Source: an uncultured delta proteobacterium (GTDB lineage: Bacteria > Desulfobacterota > Syntrophobacteria > Syntrophobacterales > Syntrophobacteraceae). Taken from it: a stretch of DNA of 64,000 nucleotides. Under the pieces are notes generated by a model. That model ran no database searches. It saw only the letters and a program-made list of their open reading frames with translations, and was not told the origin of the DNA. Every line of letters starts with the position of its first letter. The stretch's first letter is position 1. Made by a program: the position numbers and the translations under genes. The stretch spans positions 1 through 64,000 of the forward strand of contig CAWEHK010000022.1 of assembly GCA_963808625.1 (NCBI GenBank), written 5' to 3'. This document shows, piece after piece, positions 37,052 through 48,423 of this stretch.

Positions 37052-37287
37052 ATATCGAATGGTTTATATAAATAGTGACATAATGTTTACTTCTGACACA
37101 CCTCCCCGAGATTCAACGGACATTCTGACCCATCCATCTAATTATTTGAATATATAAGCAAAAAAACTTCGAACGCGAGTCCTCTCCACGAAAACCAAAC
37201 AGACATCTTTCCATGAGGAGCCAACGGCGCCCGTAATAAAACCATGATGATCTGGTTTACTGCCTGTAATCCTTAATAAAAATCAGT

Positions 37288-37303
37288 TGGCACAGGCTTT
37301 GCT
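37288..37303 (+). promoter_or_regulatory. Sigma54 (-24/-12) promoter of the adh gene
   Basis: TGGCAC-AGGCT-TTGCT. Confidence 0.85.
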
Positions 37304-37434
37304 TATCCCTTGTTGCACCCGATGAAGGCTTCACTCGAATGCAGGTCGATCATTTATCACCTCCTGAGGGATGGTCCCGGGAGGGAAGCAATGATCATAA
37401 TCACAACCAAACGGACCATAAAAGGAGAAGTACC

Positions 37435-38601
37435 ATGGCAGTTGGCGAACAAGTTTACGGGTTTTTCATTCCTACGGTTACCCTGATGGGCGTTGGCTCT
37501 CACAAAGAAATCGGCAAGCAGGTGAAGGTCCTTGGCGGCAAGAAACCCTTTATCTGTACCGACAAGGGCCTTACCAAGTTCGGCGTGACCCAGCAGATCG
37601 TTGACCTGGTCAAGCAGGACGCGGGCGTTGATTGCGTGGTTTTTGATGAAACCGTGCCCAACCCGACCGACACGAACGTTCATGACGGCCTCAAGGTTTT
37701 CCAGGACAAGAAGTGCGACCTGATCATCTCCCTCGGTGGCGGCAGCTCCCACGACTGCGCCAAGGGGATCGGCATCGTTTCGACCAACGGCGGCAATATC
37801 CGGGACTACGAAGGCGTTGACAAATCCACCAAGCCGATGCCGCCTTTCATTGCCATCAACACCACCGCCGGCACGGCCAGTGAAATGACCCGCTTCTGCA
37901 TCATCACCAACACCAGCAATCACGTGAAAATGGCCATCGTTGACTGGCGGGTAACCCCCAACGTGGCGATCAACGATCCGTTGCTCATGGCCGGCATGCC
38001 CCCGGCACTGACCGCCGCCACCGGTATGGACGCCCTGACCCACGCCGTTGAAGCCTATGTTTCGATCATTGCCACCCCGGTGACCGACGCCTGTGCGCTC
38101 CAGGCGATTCAGCTCATTGCCTGCAACCTCCGGGCCGCCGTGGCCAACGGCGCCGATATGCTCGCCCGCGACAACATGGCGTATGCTGAATACCTGGCAG
38201 GCATGGCGTTCAACAATGCCAGCCTCGGACATGTTCATGCGATGGCTCACCAGTTGGGTGGCTTCTACAACCTGCCCCACGGTGTCTGCAACGCCATCCT
38301 CCTTCCCCACGTTGAGAGATTCAACCTGATTGCCAAGGTTGACCGTTTCGTCGATATCGCCAAGGCCATGGGCGAGAATGTGGAAGGTCTGGCGCCTCGT
38401 GATGCGGCGGAAAAAGCCCTCGAGGCGATCAAGAAGCTCTCGGCTGATGTCGGTATTCCCAGCGGCTTGACGGAACTGGGAGTCAAAGAGAAGGACCTCA
38501 AGACGATGGCCGAAAATGCTCAGAAAGATGCCTGTGGGTTTACGAATCCTCGCTGCCCCACCCTGGACGATGTGATCCAGATCTACAAGTGGGCACTGTA
38601 G
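37435..38601 (+). CDS. adh: Iron-containing alcohol dehydrogenase
   Basis: GGGSSHDCAK, TTAGTASEMT, HAMAHQLGG, LPHGVCNA; RBS AGGAG. Confidence 0.95.
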   Translation: MAVGEQVYGFFIPTVTLMGVGSHKEIGKQVKVLGGKKPFICTDKGLTKFGVTQQIVDLVKQDAGVDCVVFDETVPNPTDTNVHDGLKVFQDKKCDLIISLGGGSSHDCAKGIGIVSTNGGNIRDYEGVDKSTKPMPPFIAINTTAGTASEMTRFCIITNTSNHVKMAIVDWRVTPNVAINDPLLMAGMPPALTAATGMDALTHAVEAYVSIIATPVTDACALQAIQLIACNLRAAVANGADMLARDNMAYAEYLAGMAFNNASLGHVHAMAHQLGGFYNLPHGVCNAILLPHVERFNLIAKVDRFVDIAKAMGENVEGLAPRDAAEKALEAIKKLSADVGIPSGLTELGVKEKDLKTMAENAQKDACGFTNPRCPTLDDVIQIYKWAL

Positions 38602-38869
38602 AGGTCATAACGCCACCGTTTTCGACTACTCCGGGGCGTCCCTGTCTCCTCTTCTGAAAGAAGCGGGGGGCAGGGTGTCCCTTTGAGAAGTTAAGCGGGC
38701 GAACGTATAATTCTGCCTGAAATGTGAGAGGGTCATGGTGCTTTCCATTGAGGTCATTTGAGGCACTAACTGCCTTCGCAAAGGTTTTCCTCGATCCCGC
38801 CAGATATTTCCGTAAAGGGGGCCATCCAGGTCGAGCGTTTGATACTATGTACATTAAGGAGATGTTTTC

Positions 38870-40600
38870 ATGGGTAAATTCATCCGGGTAGACATGACAT
38901 CGAAAGATGTCAGCATTGGCGAGTGTCCCGAGAAGTACGCAGGCCTGGCAGGGCGTGGGCTCACTTCCAACTTCGTCGCGGACGAAGTGAAGCCGACCTG
39001 TCATCCATTGGGGAAAAACAACAAACTGATTTTTGCGCCCGGCTTTCTTACAGGGACCACCGCAGCCAACTCCGGCCGGATCTCCTGTGGTGCCAAGAGC
39101 CCGCTGACCGGCGGTATAAAGGAAAGCAACAGTGGTGGCACTTTTAGTCAAATGATGGCCAGAATGAACATCAAGGCGCTTGTGTTCGAGGGAATCCCCG
39201 CAGAAGATAAATATTTCGTCGTTAAAGTTACAACAAAAGGCGTCACCATCGACGATGCTCCCCCTGAAATCGTGGGCATGGGAAACTACGAAGCCATCAA
39301 AGTGCTTCAAGAAAAATACGGTGCCAAGGCTGGCGTGGCCATCATTGGTGCGGCAGGAGAAATGAGGCTTACGGCAGCCAACATTTCCTTTGCAGATCCT
39401 GACGGGAACATCCGCAGCGCCGGACGTGGCGGCTTGGGCGCGGTCATGGGGTCCAAGAAGATAAAAGCCGTTGTTATCGATGATACCGGCGCTCCCGGTG
39501 TTACGATTGCTGACCCGACGGCTTTCAAGAGCGCTGCCAAGCGATTTGCCAAAGCCCTTACAACTCATCCGGTCACCGGTCAGGGTCTGGCCAGATATGG
39601 CACCAACGTTCTTGTCAATATCCTGAACGAAGCCGGCGGCCTTCCCAGTGAGAATTTCCGCCGAGGGCGGAACGAATGGGCCAACAACATCGGCGGCGAG
39701 ACAATGACTGAAACAATGGAAGCCCGCGGCGGAAAACCCACCCATGGCTGCCATAAGGGTTGTGTTATCCGATGTTCTCAGCACTATGTTGACAAACAAG
39801 GCAAATATATTACCAGCGGTTTTGAATACGAGACCATTTGGGCTCTTGGCGCCAATGCCACGATCAATGACCTTGACGCAATCGCCTATGCTGACCGTGA
39901 ATTCGATGAGGCCGGTGTTGATTCCATCGATTGTGCCGTGGCCGTCGGTGTGGCTATGGAAGCCGGTATCATTCCCTGGGGTGACGGCAAGGCTGCTCTG
40001 GAACTCATTAAAGAAATCCGTAAAGGCACCCCCCTGGGCCGAGTCCTTGGTTGCGGTGCTGATGCCGTTGGTCGCATATATGGTCTTTCAAGGGTCCCGG
40101 TAGTAAAAGGCCAGGCAATTCCGGCTTATGATCCGCGTGCCGTTAAGGGCGTTGGTCTGACTTACGCCACGACACCGATGGGTGCGGACCACACCGCCGG
40201 TTATGCGGTTGCCACCAATATCCTGAAGGTCGGCGGCTACATAGATCCGCTCAGCAAGGAAGGTCAAGTGGAACTGTCCCGCAACCTGCAAATTGCCACT
40301 GCCGCTGTTGACAGTACCGGTATGTGCCTGTTCATCGCTTTCGCCATTTTGGACATCCCCGATGGATTCAACGCCCTGGTTGATATGATCAATGCCCAAT
40401 ATGGCCTCTCCCTTACCGGGGACGATGTTACCGCTCTCGGCAAGTCGATCCTGACGGCTGAGCGCGGATTCAATCGGCGTGCCGGCTTCACCAACGCCGA
40501 TGACCGCTTGCCGGAATTTTTCGAGGAAGAGTGTCCGCCACACAACACTACATGGGATTTCACAGACGAAGAAATCGACCAAGTATTGAACTTCTGTTAG
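38870..40600 (+). CDS. aor: Aldehyde:ferredoxin oxidoreductase (W-pterin)
   Basis: KSPLTGGIKESN, AGRGGLGAVMGSK, C..GCVIRC, EYET, DRLP. Confidence 0.95.
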   Translation: MGKFIRVDMTSKDVSIGECPEKYAGLAGRGLTSNFVADEVKPTCHPLGKNNKLIFAPGFLTGTTAANSGRISCGAKSPLTGGIKESNSGGTFSQMMARMNIKALVFEGIPAEDKYFVVKVTTKGVTIDDAPPEIVGMGNYEAIKVLQEKYGAKAGVAIIGAAGEMRLTAANISFADPDGNIRSAGRGGLGAVMGSKKIKAVVIDDTGAPGVTIADPTAFKSAAKRFAKALTTHPVTGQGLARYGTNVLVNILNEAGGLPSENFRRGRNEWANNIGGETMTETMEARGGKPTHGCHKGCVIRCSQHYVDKQGKYITSGFEYETIWALGANATINDLDAIAYADREFDEAGVDSIDCAVAVGVAMEAGIIPWGDGKAALELIKEIRKGTPLGRVLGCGADAVGRIYGLSRVPVVKGQAIPAYDPRAVKGVGLTYATTPMGADHTAGYAVATNILKVGGYIDPLSKEGQVELSRNLQIATAAVDSTGMCLFIAFAILDIPDGFNALVDMINAQYGLSLTGDDVTALGKSILTAERGFNRRAGFTNADDRLPEFFEEECPPHNTTWDFTDEEIDQVLNFC

Positions 40601-40806
40601 TTTTTTGTGGGAAACCAAAAGAAGGGGCGCTGCGTGCCTTTGATTCCCTGCAGGGGAAATAGAGCAACGGTGCCCTTACGCGTTTTGCGTATTTAGATCT
40701 CCCTGCCGGAGTCTTAATTCGCTGGAGTTATGATTTGGACAGGGCTGGTGATTTGATTACCGCCGGGTCAAACCGGGAGAAACGAATTTGATGGGAGAGA
40801 CAGCCG

Positions 40807-41091
40807 GTGTCGCCAACGATCGAAGTTCGCGCGTATATGGATCTCGCGGCGCTGTTTCGGGAACGGAACTGGCCGAGTCCGCTGGAGATCGATATCCAGG
40901 GAGCAATGACCGGTGTGCAACTGCTTGCCCTGCTTGATATTCCGCCGGAAAGGGTCGAGGTTGTTTTTGTGAATGGAAAAGCTTTCAATCCGCCCATGGC
41001 GGTAGTGACCGGCGGCGATCGGGTGGCTTTGGTGCCGCCGGGGGTGCCCGGTCCGTACCGTGCGTTGCTGGGCTTCAAGGAAATGAGTTAA
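40807..41091 (+). CDS. MoaD/ThiS-like protein
   Basis: VFVNG...GDRVALVPPGVPGPY. Confidence 0.8.
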   Translation: MSPTIEVRAYMDLAALFRERNWPSPLEIDIQGAMTGVQLLALLDIPPERVEVVFVNGKAFNPPMAVVTGGDRVALVPPGVPGPYRALLGFKEMS

Positions 41092-41497
41092 GCACTCAGA
41101 ACCGGCCTCAGCGGTGACGTGATCGCTTTTGCTTTTGGCGAAGCATTTGGCTTCACAACATCACCTTCCAGGTACCGGGCGAGGAAATCGACCAGGTCTT
41201 CAACTGTAGCCGTTTCTCAGCGCCCCATCTATCCTGACAGGTGTCTATGGTCTTCGGGTGAACCGCGATCACCGGTCTACCCGGGGCCCCCCCTCCTGCC
41301 AAATACTACTATTCCTTGTCTCTGCGGGCGTTTCCTCCTTCTTTAAGGCCTCCTTCGCTTCCCGTGCCATTGGGGCTACGAAGCATTCCCACCTTTTCTT
41401 TTCTGTTGACTCCCCTTCGGAGAGAAACGTATAAGCTAAAAGTTTAGGACCGTGCTGCTCGAAGATCAGTTGCGCTTTAGTTTTTCGGGAAAAAGTC

Positions 41498-44038
41498 ATG
41501 CATGAACATCTTTTCGGGGTTGAAAAACCCGGCCGCTACCTGGCAAGTGAGATCAACGCGTTTCGCAAGAGTTTTGATCAGGCCCGGGTGCGTTTCGCTT
41601 TGGCCTTCCCCGATGTTTACGAAGTGGGGATGAGCCACCTTGGCTTAAAGTTGCTGTATGAGTGCTTGAATCAGATCCAAGGGGTGATGGCGGACCGGGT
41701 TTATGCCCCGTGGCCTGATTTCGAGAGAAATCTAAGGCACCTGGAGGAACCGCTCCGGGGATTGGAGACGGAACGCCCTCTTCGCGATTTCGATTTTGTG
41801 GGATTCAGTCTGCAGTATGAACTGAGCTACACGAACATCCTCACCATGCTTGATCTGGGAGGAATTCCGCTCCGGGCGGAAGACCGCGGCCCTGATGACC
41901 CCTGGGTCATCGCCGGCGGGCCGTGTGCATTCAATCCGGAACCTCTCGCAGAAATCTTCGATATGGTTGTCTTGGGTGAAGCCGAGGAAGTGCTCCCGGA
42001 ATTAATCGAAGCTTTTAAGGACTGGCAAGGCCACAAGGGTAAGCGGCAGGATTTTCTCGAAGAGGCACGAAAGATTGGCGGGATCTATGTCCCTTCCCTT
42101 TTCAGGGTTTCTTACCAGGCTGGCGGGATCATCGACGCGGTCGAACCTCGCCACGCTGATTACACCACGGTAACGAAACGCCTGGTTGCTGATCTGGACC
42201 GGGGTTCGCCCATCTCCGTGCGACCTCTTGTCCCAATGTTGGAGATCGTTCACAACCGGTTGGGGTTGGAGATCGCTCGAGGGTGTACGGGAGGCTGTCG
42301 ATTCTGCCAGGCCGGGTTCATCTATCGGCCGGTGCGGGAGCGCCACCCGGATGTGGTTTTGAAAGGCGCCACCGAGGCTCTGGCCAACAGCGGGTTCGAA
42401 GAGATATCCCTGCTTTCCTTGAGCAGTGGTGATTATTGTCAGATACAACCGCTGCTCACCGCCCTGATGGAGCATTTCCTGCCCCGGAAAATAGCCGTCT
42501 CGTTTCCCTCGATGCGGGTTGGGACGCTCACTCCCGAACTGATGGCGCTGATACGGCAAGTTCGCAAAACCGGTTTTACCCTCGCTCCCGAGGCGGGCAG
42601 TGAACGGCTGCGTCGCGTTGTCAACAAGAGAATCCTGGGTGAGGACTTGCTGGTTGCGGCTGAAAATGCCTTCGATCTGGGATGGCGCTTATTGAAGCTC
42701 TACTTTATGATCGGGCTTCCCACGGAAAAGTCGGCGGATTTGGAGGCGTTGGTGAAGCTGTGTCTCGATGTCTGGCAGCGGGCAAAACCTTCGCGATCCT
42801 CAGTCAATGTATCCATTTCCACATTCGTACCCAAACCACAAACGCCCTTTCAGTGGGTCCCTCAGCTTGGTGGCGACCTTATCGAAGAGCGGCTGAACAT
42901 GCTGAAAGCGCGTCTGAAACGCCCGGGTCTGCGGGTTAAATGGCACCACCCCGGTCATAGTCTTCTCGAGGCGGTATTTGCGAGAGGGGATCGCCGTTTG
43001 GGAAAGGTCCTCATCCGGGCGTGGGAATTGGGGGCGCGTTTTGACGGCTGGTCCGAAGCTTTTCGCGAGGACGTGTGGCAGCGGGCTTTTGCCGATGTTG
43101 GTCTGGATCCCTCCTTTTATGCCAATCGTGAACGCTCCCTGGAGGAAACTCTTCCCTGGGACCACCTGTCGGCGGGAGTACCCAAAGACTTTTTCCAAAA
43201 CGAATACCGGCGTGCCCTGGAAGAAGAGCTCACGGAGGATTGTCGCTTCGGCGCCTGCACGCAATGCGGGGTCTGCGATCACCAGACGGTGCGGCCGCAA
43301 CGGCACACGGAAGTCGGGGAAGGTGTTCGTTTGCGGCAGGACGTCACCGAACAGGAAGAAGCGAGCCATCTCTTCTGGTTTCGTTATAGCAAGATCGGTG
43401 TCGGGCGATTCTATGGACAGCTGGAGGTTGCCCAGAGCTTCAGCCGGGCGGTCCGCCGGGCGAGGCTGCCGGCAGTTATGACAAAAGGCTTCCACCCGCA
43501 TATTAAACTCTCCTTCGTTGAGGCGCTGCCGCTCGGTTTGGAGAGCCTCGTGGAAGAAGCCTATCTCACCGTTTCACAGAAGCTCGAAGCGGGTGAAATT
43601 CGCTCCCGATTGAATGAGCAATTACCGGTCGGCTTTCACCTCGAAGAAGTGGTTTCCGTGGCGAAACCCACCCCGAGACCCGAAAAGCGACGGGTAACGT
43701 ACGTCGTCTCGGAATTAATCCCGTGGCGCGTCCGCCGTGTTTTGCAGGGTTGGCCCAAAAGGCTTGAGGACACCCTGCATAAAAAGACCAAAAATGGGGA
43801 AGCGAGAGCGGCTTTGGGTGAGATTGTCCTTGACGTACGGCAATTGGATGAGTCCTCCATGGAGCTGGATCTCTATGAGGGGCCACAAATAAACTTCAGA
43901 CCTATGGCCATCCTGCACCATCTCCTGGAGGAACCCCTGGCGGCGCTCTCGGGATGCCGGATATGCAAAATTGCGGTTGTGCCCTTCATTGGGCTGGAGG
44001 AACAAGGACATGTCCTCAGAACTTATCATCAACGCTGA
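41498..44038 (+). CDS. B12-binding-type radical SAM protein fused to a radical SAM-linked (DUF2344-like) domain
   Basis: VEKPGRY, FPDVYEVGMS, CTGGCRFC, APEAGSERLR; C-terminal GFHPHIKLSFVEALPLG. Confidence 0.92.
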   Translation: MHEHLFGVEKPGRYLASEINAFRKSFDQARVRFALAFPDVYEVGMSHLGLKLLYECLNQIQGVMADRVYAPWPDFERNLRHLEEPLRGLETERPLRDFDFVGFSLQYELSYTNILTMLDLGGIPLRAEDRGPDDPWVIAGGPCAFNPEPLAEIFDMVVLGEAEEVLPELIEAFKDWQGHKGKRQDFLEEARKIGGIYVPSLFRVSYQAGGIIDAVEPRHADYTTVTKRLVADLDRGSPISVRPLVPMLEIVHNRLGLEIARGCTGGCRFCQAGFIYRPVRERHPDVVLKGATEALANSGFEEISLLSLSSGDYCQIQPLLTALMEHFLPRKIAVSFPSMRVGTLTPELMALIRQVRKTGFTLAPEAGSERLRRVVNKRILGEDLLVAAENAFDLGWRLLKLYFMIGLPTEKSADLEALVKLCLDVWQRAKPSRSSVNVSISTFVPKPQTPFQWVPQLGGDLIEERLNMLKARLKRPGLRVKWHHPGHSLLEAVFARGDRRLGKVLIRAWELGARFDGWSEAFREDVWQRAFADVGLDPSFYANRERSLEETLPWDHLSAGVPKDFFQNEYRRALEEELTEDCRFGACTQCGVCDHQTVRPQRHTEVGEGVRLRQDVTEQEEASHLFWFRYSKIGVGRFYGQLEVAQSFSRAVRRARLPAVMTKGFHPHIKLSFVEALPLGLESLVEEAYLTVSQKLEAGEIRSRLNEQLPVGFHLEEVVSVAKPTPRPEKRRVTYVVSELIPWRVRRVLQGWPKRLEDTLHKKTKNGEARAALGEIVLDVRQLDESSMELDLYEGPQINFRPMAILHHLLEEPLAALSGCRICKIAVVPFIGLEEQGHVLRTYHQR

Positions 44039-45575
44039 TTTTTATGAAACCCGCGTGGCCCTTGTTGAAAATGGGCAGGTAGCGGAATTTTATGTCGAGC
44101 GGACCTCCGATCGCGGAATTGGAGGAAACATCTATAAGGGCAGGGTGGTGCGGGTCCTTCCTGGAATGCAGGCGGCCTTTGTGGATATCAATTTGGACAA
44201 GGCTGCTTTCCTCTATGTGAGCGATGTCCAACAGCCGGTGAGTGACCTGGAGCAGCTCTTCATGAACTCGTGCGAAATTGAAAACGGAGGGGAAAAGCCC
44301 GACGATACCGACGAGTCCATGACGGATAGACTGCAAGGCGCTCTGGAATTGCAGGTAAGCTACAATGACGTCCCGATTCAAGACCGTCTTCAGGAGGGCC
44401 AGGAAATCCTTGCTCAGGTGGCCAAGGAACCTATCGGGCATAAGGGAGCACGCATCACCACTCACATTGCTTTGCCGGGGCGCCTCCTCGTGCTCATGCC
44501 GACGATGGATCACATCGGTGTCTCCCGGCGGATTGAAAACGAGAAAGAACGAAAACGCCTGCGGGACCTTATGTGTGTCCTTAAACCCCCCCATTGTGGT
44601 GCCATTGTGCGAACCGCGGCGGAAGGGATAGAGCCTGAAAAGCTTGAGGCTGAGGTGAATTTTCTGCTGAAACTCTGGGAGAACATTCAGCGGCGCTCCG
44701 AGAATGCTTCGGCACCAAGCCTGGTTTACCAGGAACTCGACATCACTCTCCGTGCCGTCCGGGACCTTTTCACCAAAGAAGTTGATCGTCTCATTATTGA
44801 CTCCGAAAGCGAGTATCGCAAGGTACTGAGTTTTACCGAAACCTTTCTGCCCTCCCTGCAGACGGCGGTCGAGCTTTACGATGGGGACGAACCGATTTTT
44901 GACGCCTACAGCATCGAGATGGAAATTCAACGGGCGCTCAGCAAAAAAATCTGGCTGAAATCGGGCGGCTATATCGTCATTGAGATCACGGAAGCCCTGA
45001 CGGCAATCGATGTCAACACCGGCCGGTATGTGGGGAAACGCAACCTCGAGGAGACCATCCTCAAGACCAACCTCGAGGCCGTGAAGGAAATCGCTTATCA
45101 ATTGCGCTTGCGCAATATCGGCGGGATCATCATCATTGATTTCATTGATATGGAAAAGGAGACCAATCGGGAGAAGGTGTTCAATGCGCTCAAAGATGCC
45201 ACGCGCAAGGACAAGAGCAAGACGAACATTCTCCAGATGTCGGAACTGGGACTGATTGAAATGACGCGCAAGCGGACCAAAGAGAGCATTGGGCGGGTGC
45301 TTTGCGAGTCGTGCTTCTACTGTGAGGGCGAGGGACACCTTAAATCGAAGCAGACGGTTTGCTACGAAATTTTGCGGGAACTGGAGCGGGAACGGCGTGA
45401 GATGTTTGGGCGCGAGGTCATGGTGATGGTTCATCCCGATGTTGCGGCCCGCTTCTACGATGAAGAACGGGGACCTCTCGAGAGGGTCGAAGAACGCTTG
45501 CAGGCAAGGATCATGATCAAGGGAGAACCAAGCCTTCACCTGGAACAATATGAGATCGCTCCTCTCGAATCCTAA
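44010..45575 (+). CDS. rng: Ribonuclease G/E family
   Basis: [30 protein letters not shown]. Confidence 0.95.
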   Translation: MSSELIINADFYETRVALVENGQVAEFYVERTSDRGIGGNIYKGRVVRVLPGMQAAFVDINLDKAAFLYVSDVQQPVSDLEQLFMNSCEIENGGEKPDDTDESMTDRLQGALELQVSYNDVPIQDRLQEGQEILAQVAKEPIGHKGARITTHIALPGRLLVLMPTMDHIGVSRRIENEKERKRLRDLMCVLKPPHCGAIVRTAAEGIEPEKLEAEVNFLLKLWENIQRRSENASAPSLVYQELDITLRAVRDLFTKEVDRLIIDSESEYRKVLSFTETFLPSLQTAVELYDGDEPIFDAYSIEMEIQRALSKKIWLKSGGYIVIEITEALTAIDVNTGRYVGKRNLEETILKTNLEAVKEIAYQLRLRNIGGIIIIDFIDMEKETNREKVFNALKDATRKDKSKTNILQMSELGLIEMTRKRTKESIGRVLCESCFYCEGEGHLKSKQTVCYEILRELERERREMFGREVMVMVHPDVAARFYDEERGPLERVEERLQARIMIKGEPSLHLEQYEIAPLES

Positions 45576-45591
45576 AAGGAAGAAACAAGTA

Positions 45592-46911
45592 ATGGAATGG
45601 GACCGTTCAAAGAAACTTTATGAAGAAGCCTGCCAATGGATACCGGGCGGCGTAAATAGCCCGGTGCGCTCGGGGCGCGCCGTCGGCGTAAGCCCCATCT
45701 TTGCCAGTGCGGCCAAGGGGTGCTGTTTGGTTGATGCCGACGGCAATCGATTTGTGGACTATGTTGGTTCCTGGGGCCCAATGATCGTCGGGCACGCCCA
45801 TCCGAAGGTCGTGGCTGCGGTGCAGGGCGCGGCCCTGAACGGGACTTCCTACGGGGTTCCGACGCAGTTGGAAGTGATGATGGCGCAGAAGGTTGTGGCC
45901 ATGGTCCCTTCCCTTGACATGGTGCGCATGGTCAATTCCGGGACGGAAGCCACCATGAGTGCGATCCGGCTGGCACGAGGCTACACCGGACGCAAGAAAC
46001 TCGTCAAGTTTGACGGCTGCTATCATGGCCATGGCGATAGTCTGCTGGTCAAGGCCGGTTCGGGATTGGCCACACTGGGGATTCCGGGGAGCCCGGGGGT
46101 CCCCGAGGATCTGGCGCAACACACGCTCTCTCTGCCGTACAATGACCTGGAGGCGGTGAGGCAAGTCATGGAGCGTGTTGGTGAGGACGTGGCGGCGGTG
46201 ATCGTAGAGCCGGTGGCGGCCAATATGGGCGTGGTCCTGCCGAAGACCGGGTTCCTGCCGGGATTGAGGAAATTATGCGATCAATATGGGAGTCTTTTGA
46301 TTTTTGATGAAGTCATTACGGGGTTTCGCCTTGCGCGGGGCGGGGCCCAGGAGGTCTTTGGGGTGCTGCCCGATCTGACCTGCCTGGGCAAGATTATCGG
46401 GGGCGGTTTGCCGGTCGGGGCCTTCGGCGGCAAGCGGGACATCATGGCGCGCATGGCGCCCCTGGGAGACGTCTACCAGGCCGGGACCCTGTCTGGAAAC
46501 CCTCTCGCCATGAGTGCGGGTTTAGCCACGCTCGAACTGCTTGAGCAGGATGGGTTTTACGAATTGCTTGAGGAAAAATCCGCATACCTGGCGAAGGGTC
46601 TGAAAGAAGCTGCGCAAGCGGCCGGCGTCAACGTCGTCTTGAACCGGATCGGGTCGATTGGCTGCGGCTTTTTCACGTCCGAACCCGTAGACGACTTTGC
46701 CAGTGCTTTGAAATCGGATACCCAGGCTTATGCGCTCTTTTTCCAGGAGATGCTGAAGCGCGGAATTTATCTCGCTCCCTCCCAGTTTGAGGCATTTTTC
46801 ATAAGCGCTGCCCACGAGAGAGAGGATTTGGACCGTACCATCGAAGCGGCAACGCAAGCGCTGCAACAGGTTAAAGAGAAGTTTGGGGCATCGTCCAGAA
46901 AAAAGCGTTGA
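45592..46911 (+). CDS. hemL: Glutamate-1-semialdehyde 2,1-aminomutase
   Basis: [32 protein letters not shown]. Confidence 0.97.
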   Translation: MEWDRSKKLYEEACQWIPGGVNSPVRSGRAVGVSPIFASAAKGCCLVDADGNRFVDYVGSWGPMIVGHAHPKVVAAVQGAALNGTSYGVPTQLEVMMAQKVVAMVPSLDMVRMVNSGTEATMSAIRLARGYTGRKKLVKFDGCYHGHGDSLLVKAGSGLATLGIPGSPGVPEDLAQHTLSLPYNDLEAVRQVMERVGEDVAAVIVEPVAANMGVVLPKTGFLPGLRKLCDQYGSLLIFDEVITGFRLARGGAQEVFGVLPDLTCLGKIIGGGLPVGAFGGKRDIMARMAPLGDVYQAGTLSGNPLAMSAGLATLELLEQDGFYELLEEKSAYLAKGLKEAAQAAGVNVVLNRIGSIGCGFFTSEPVDDFASALKSDTQAYALFFQEMLKRGIYLAPSQFEAFFISAAHEREDLDRTIEAATQALQQVKEKFGASSRKKR

Positions 46912-46938
46912 CTCAACCGGACGACTGTGCTAGGTACT

Positions 46939-46956
46939 CTGTGAACTTTTACACGA
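46939..46956 (+). promoter_or_regulatory. Putative Rex operator just downstream of the atp promoter
   Basis: CTGTGAACTTTTACACGA; preceded by TTGACT (46908)-17 bp-TAGGTA with an extended TG. Confidence 0.55.
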
Positions 46957-46964
46957 AGTGGCTT

Positions 46965-47205
46965 ATGAAAGAAGATACCAGAAAATATTTGCGGGAATTG
47001 GCAGACGGCGAGTTCCATCGGATTTCAGGTGGTGTTTGCCATTTTCATCGGTTTGTTCATTGGTGTCTGGCTGGATACCATGTTCGGCACGGGCCACAAG
47101 CTGGCGCTGGTTTTTATGTTGCTGGGAGTGGCCGCCGGTTTTCTTAACTACTATCGTTTCGCTCGCCGGCAGCAGGAAGAAGATTCCAAGGATTCCAAGA
47201 AGTAG
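46965..47205 (+). CDS. AtpZ/AtpI-family small membrane protein (frameshifted)
   Basis: MKEDTRKYLRELA..ASSIGFQVVFAIFIGLFIGVWLD...GVAAGF. Confidence 0.8.
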
Positions 47206-47609
47206 TGGTTCCGGTCCTTGTGAATGAAGAACAACTGGTGCGACGGATCGAGGTTGTAAACGTCATCCTCATGGGCCTGTTGCCCCTGGGGGCGTGGGTG
47301 CTTGTCTCGGCGAAGACGGCTCTCGGGGTTTTTCTCGGTGCCGCCATTGTAACGTTGAGTTTTCGCGTACTCAAATGGCAGCTGAACAAGGCCTTCCGGA
47401 CCCCGGGTAAGCTTCCCCAAAAAGGGCGGGTTTTTGTAAGTTACTATCTGCGCTATGTGGGGACGTTGTTTCTGGTGTTTGTCGTCATGTACTACGGTTG
47501 GGCAGATCCTATTGCGTTTCTGGTGGGATTGTCGGTTGTTGTTATGAGTATCATGGTTGGCGGAGGGTTGGAGATTTTGATGTCGCTTGCAAAAAAGGGG
47601 GAAAGTTAG
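47205..47609 (+). CDS. atpI: ATP synthase I chain
   Basis: Four hydrophobic helices, YYLRY, FLVGLS; directly precedes atpB. Confidence 0.8.
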   Translation: MVPVLVNEEQLVRRIEVVNVILMGLLPLGAWVLVSAKTALGVFLGAAIVTLSFRVLKWQLNKAFRTPGKLPQKGRVFVSYYLRYVGTLFLVFVVMYYGWADPIAFLVGLSVVVMSIMVGGGLEILMSLAKKGES

Positions 47610-47612
47610 GAT

Positions 47613-48332
47613 ATGGAGCATCCGATTCTATTCTTGAACATCCTGTTTGAAAAGCTGGGACTGCCGGTCGTCGGCGCGGATCAGGCCCACACTTTCCTGG
47701 AATTCCTGCTGCAGCCACATGTTACGTATGCCTGGGTGGCCATGCTGTTTCTGTTGGTTTGCGCCAGGCTGGCCGTAAAGCGCCTGGAAATGGTTCCCAA
47801 AGGGGGGCAGAACTTTTTCGAGATGGCGATCACCGGGATCGAAGATTTCATGATCGGTGTCACCGGCGAAGAGGGTCGTTTTGTTTTTCCTTTGATTGCT
47901 ACTCTGGGCTTCTTCATTTTGACCTGCAATTACATGGGAATGGTCCCCGGGTTTTTCTCGCCGACGGCCAGTCTCAATACCACGGGCGCCTGTGCGGTGA
48001 TCGTTGTGGTCTTCACCCATCTGATCGGCATCAAGTTTCACGGCGCCAAATACATCAAGCATTTCATGGGGCCTGTCTGGTGGCTGGTGCCTCTCATTCT
48101 GCCGATTGAAATCATTGGCCATCTTGCCCGTGTTCTCAGCCTCTCCATCCGTCTCTTTGGGAATGTCTTCGGAGAGGAACTCGTGCTCGGTATTCTTTTC
48201 TTCCTCGTCGGGCTCTACCTGGCTCCCTTGCCCATGATGTTCCTCGGTCTCTTTACCGGCTTCATTCAGGCATTCATCTTCTGCCTGTTGTCCATGATGT
48301 ACTTTGCGGGGGCCATCGAGCATGCGCACTAA
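47613..48332 (+). CDS. atpB: ATP synthase Fo subunit a
   Basis: SLSIRLFGN, IQAFIF. Confidence 0.97.
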   Translation: MEHPILFLNILFEKLGLPVVGADQAHTFLEFLLQPHVTYAWVAMLFLLVCARLAVKRLEMVPKGGQNFFEMAITGIEDFMIGVTGEEGRFVFPLIATLGFFILTCNYMGMVPGFFSPTASLNTTGACAVIVVVFTHLIGIKFHGAKYIKHFMGPVWWLVPLILPIEIIGHLARVLSLSIRLFGNVFGEELVLGILFFLVGLYLAPLPMMFLGLFTGFIQAFIFCLLSMMYFAGAIEHAH

Positions 48333-48423
48333 AATCGGCGGTTAGGGCTGAAGGAAGGCCGCGTGATATATTGTTCGTTTTGTTGCTGGTGATTTGTTTC
48401 TACATCAAAAAGGAGGTTGTTTC

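Noticed and set aside
41090..41480. Possible small minus-strand gene
   Set aside because: Broken frames and no recognisable motif.
38540..45548. Long antisense ORFs (e.g. 38540-39799, 44016-45548)
   Set aside because: Antisense shadows of well-supported genes.
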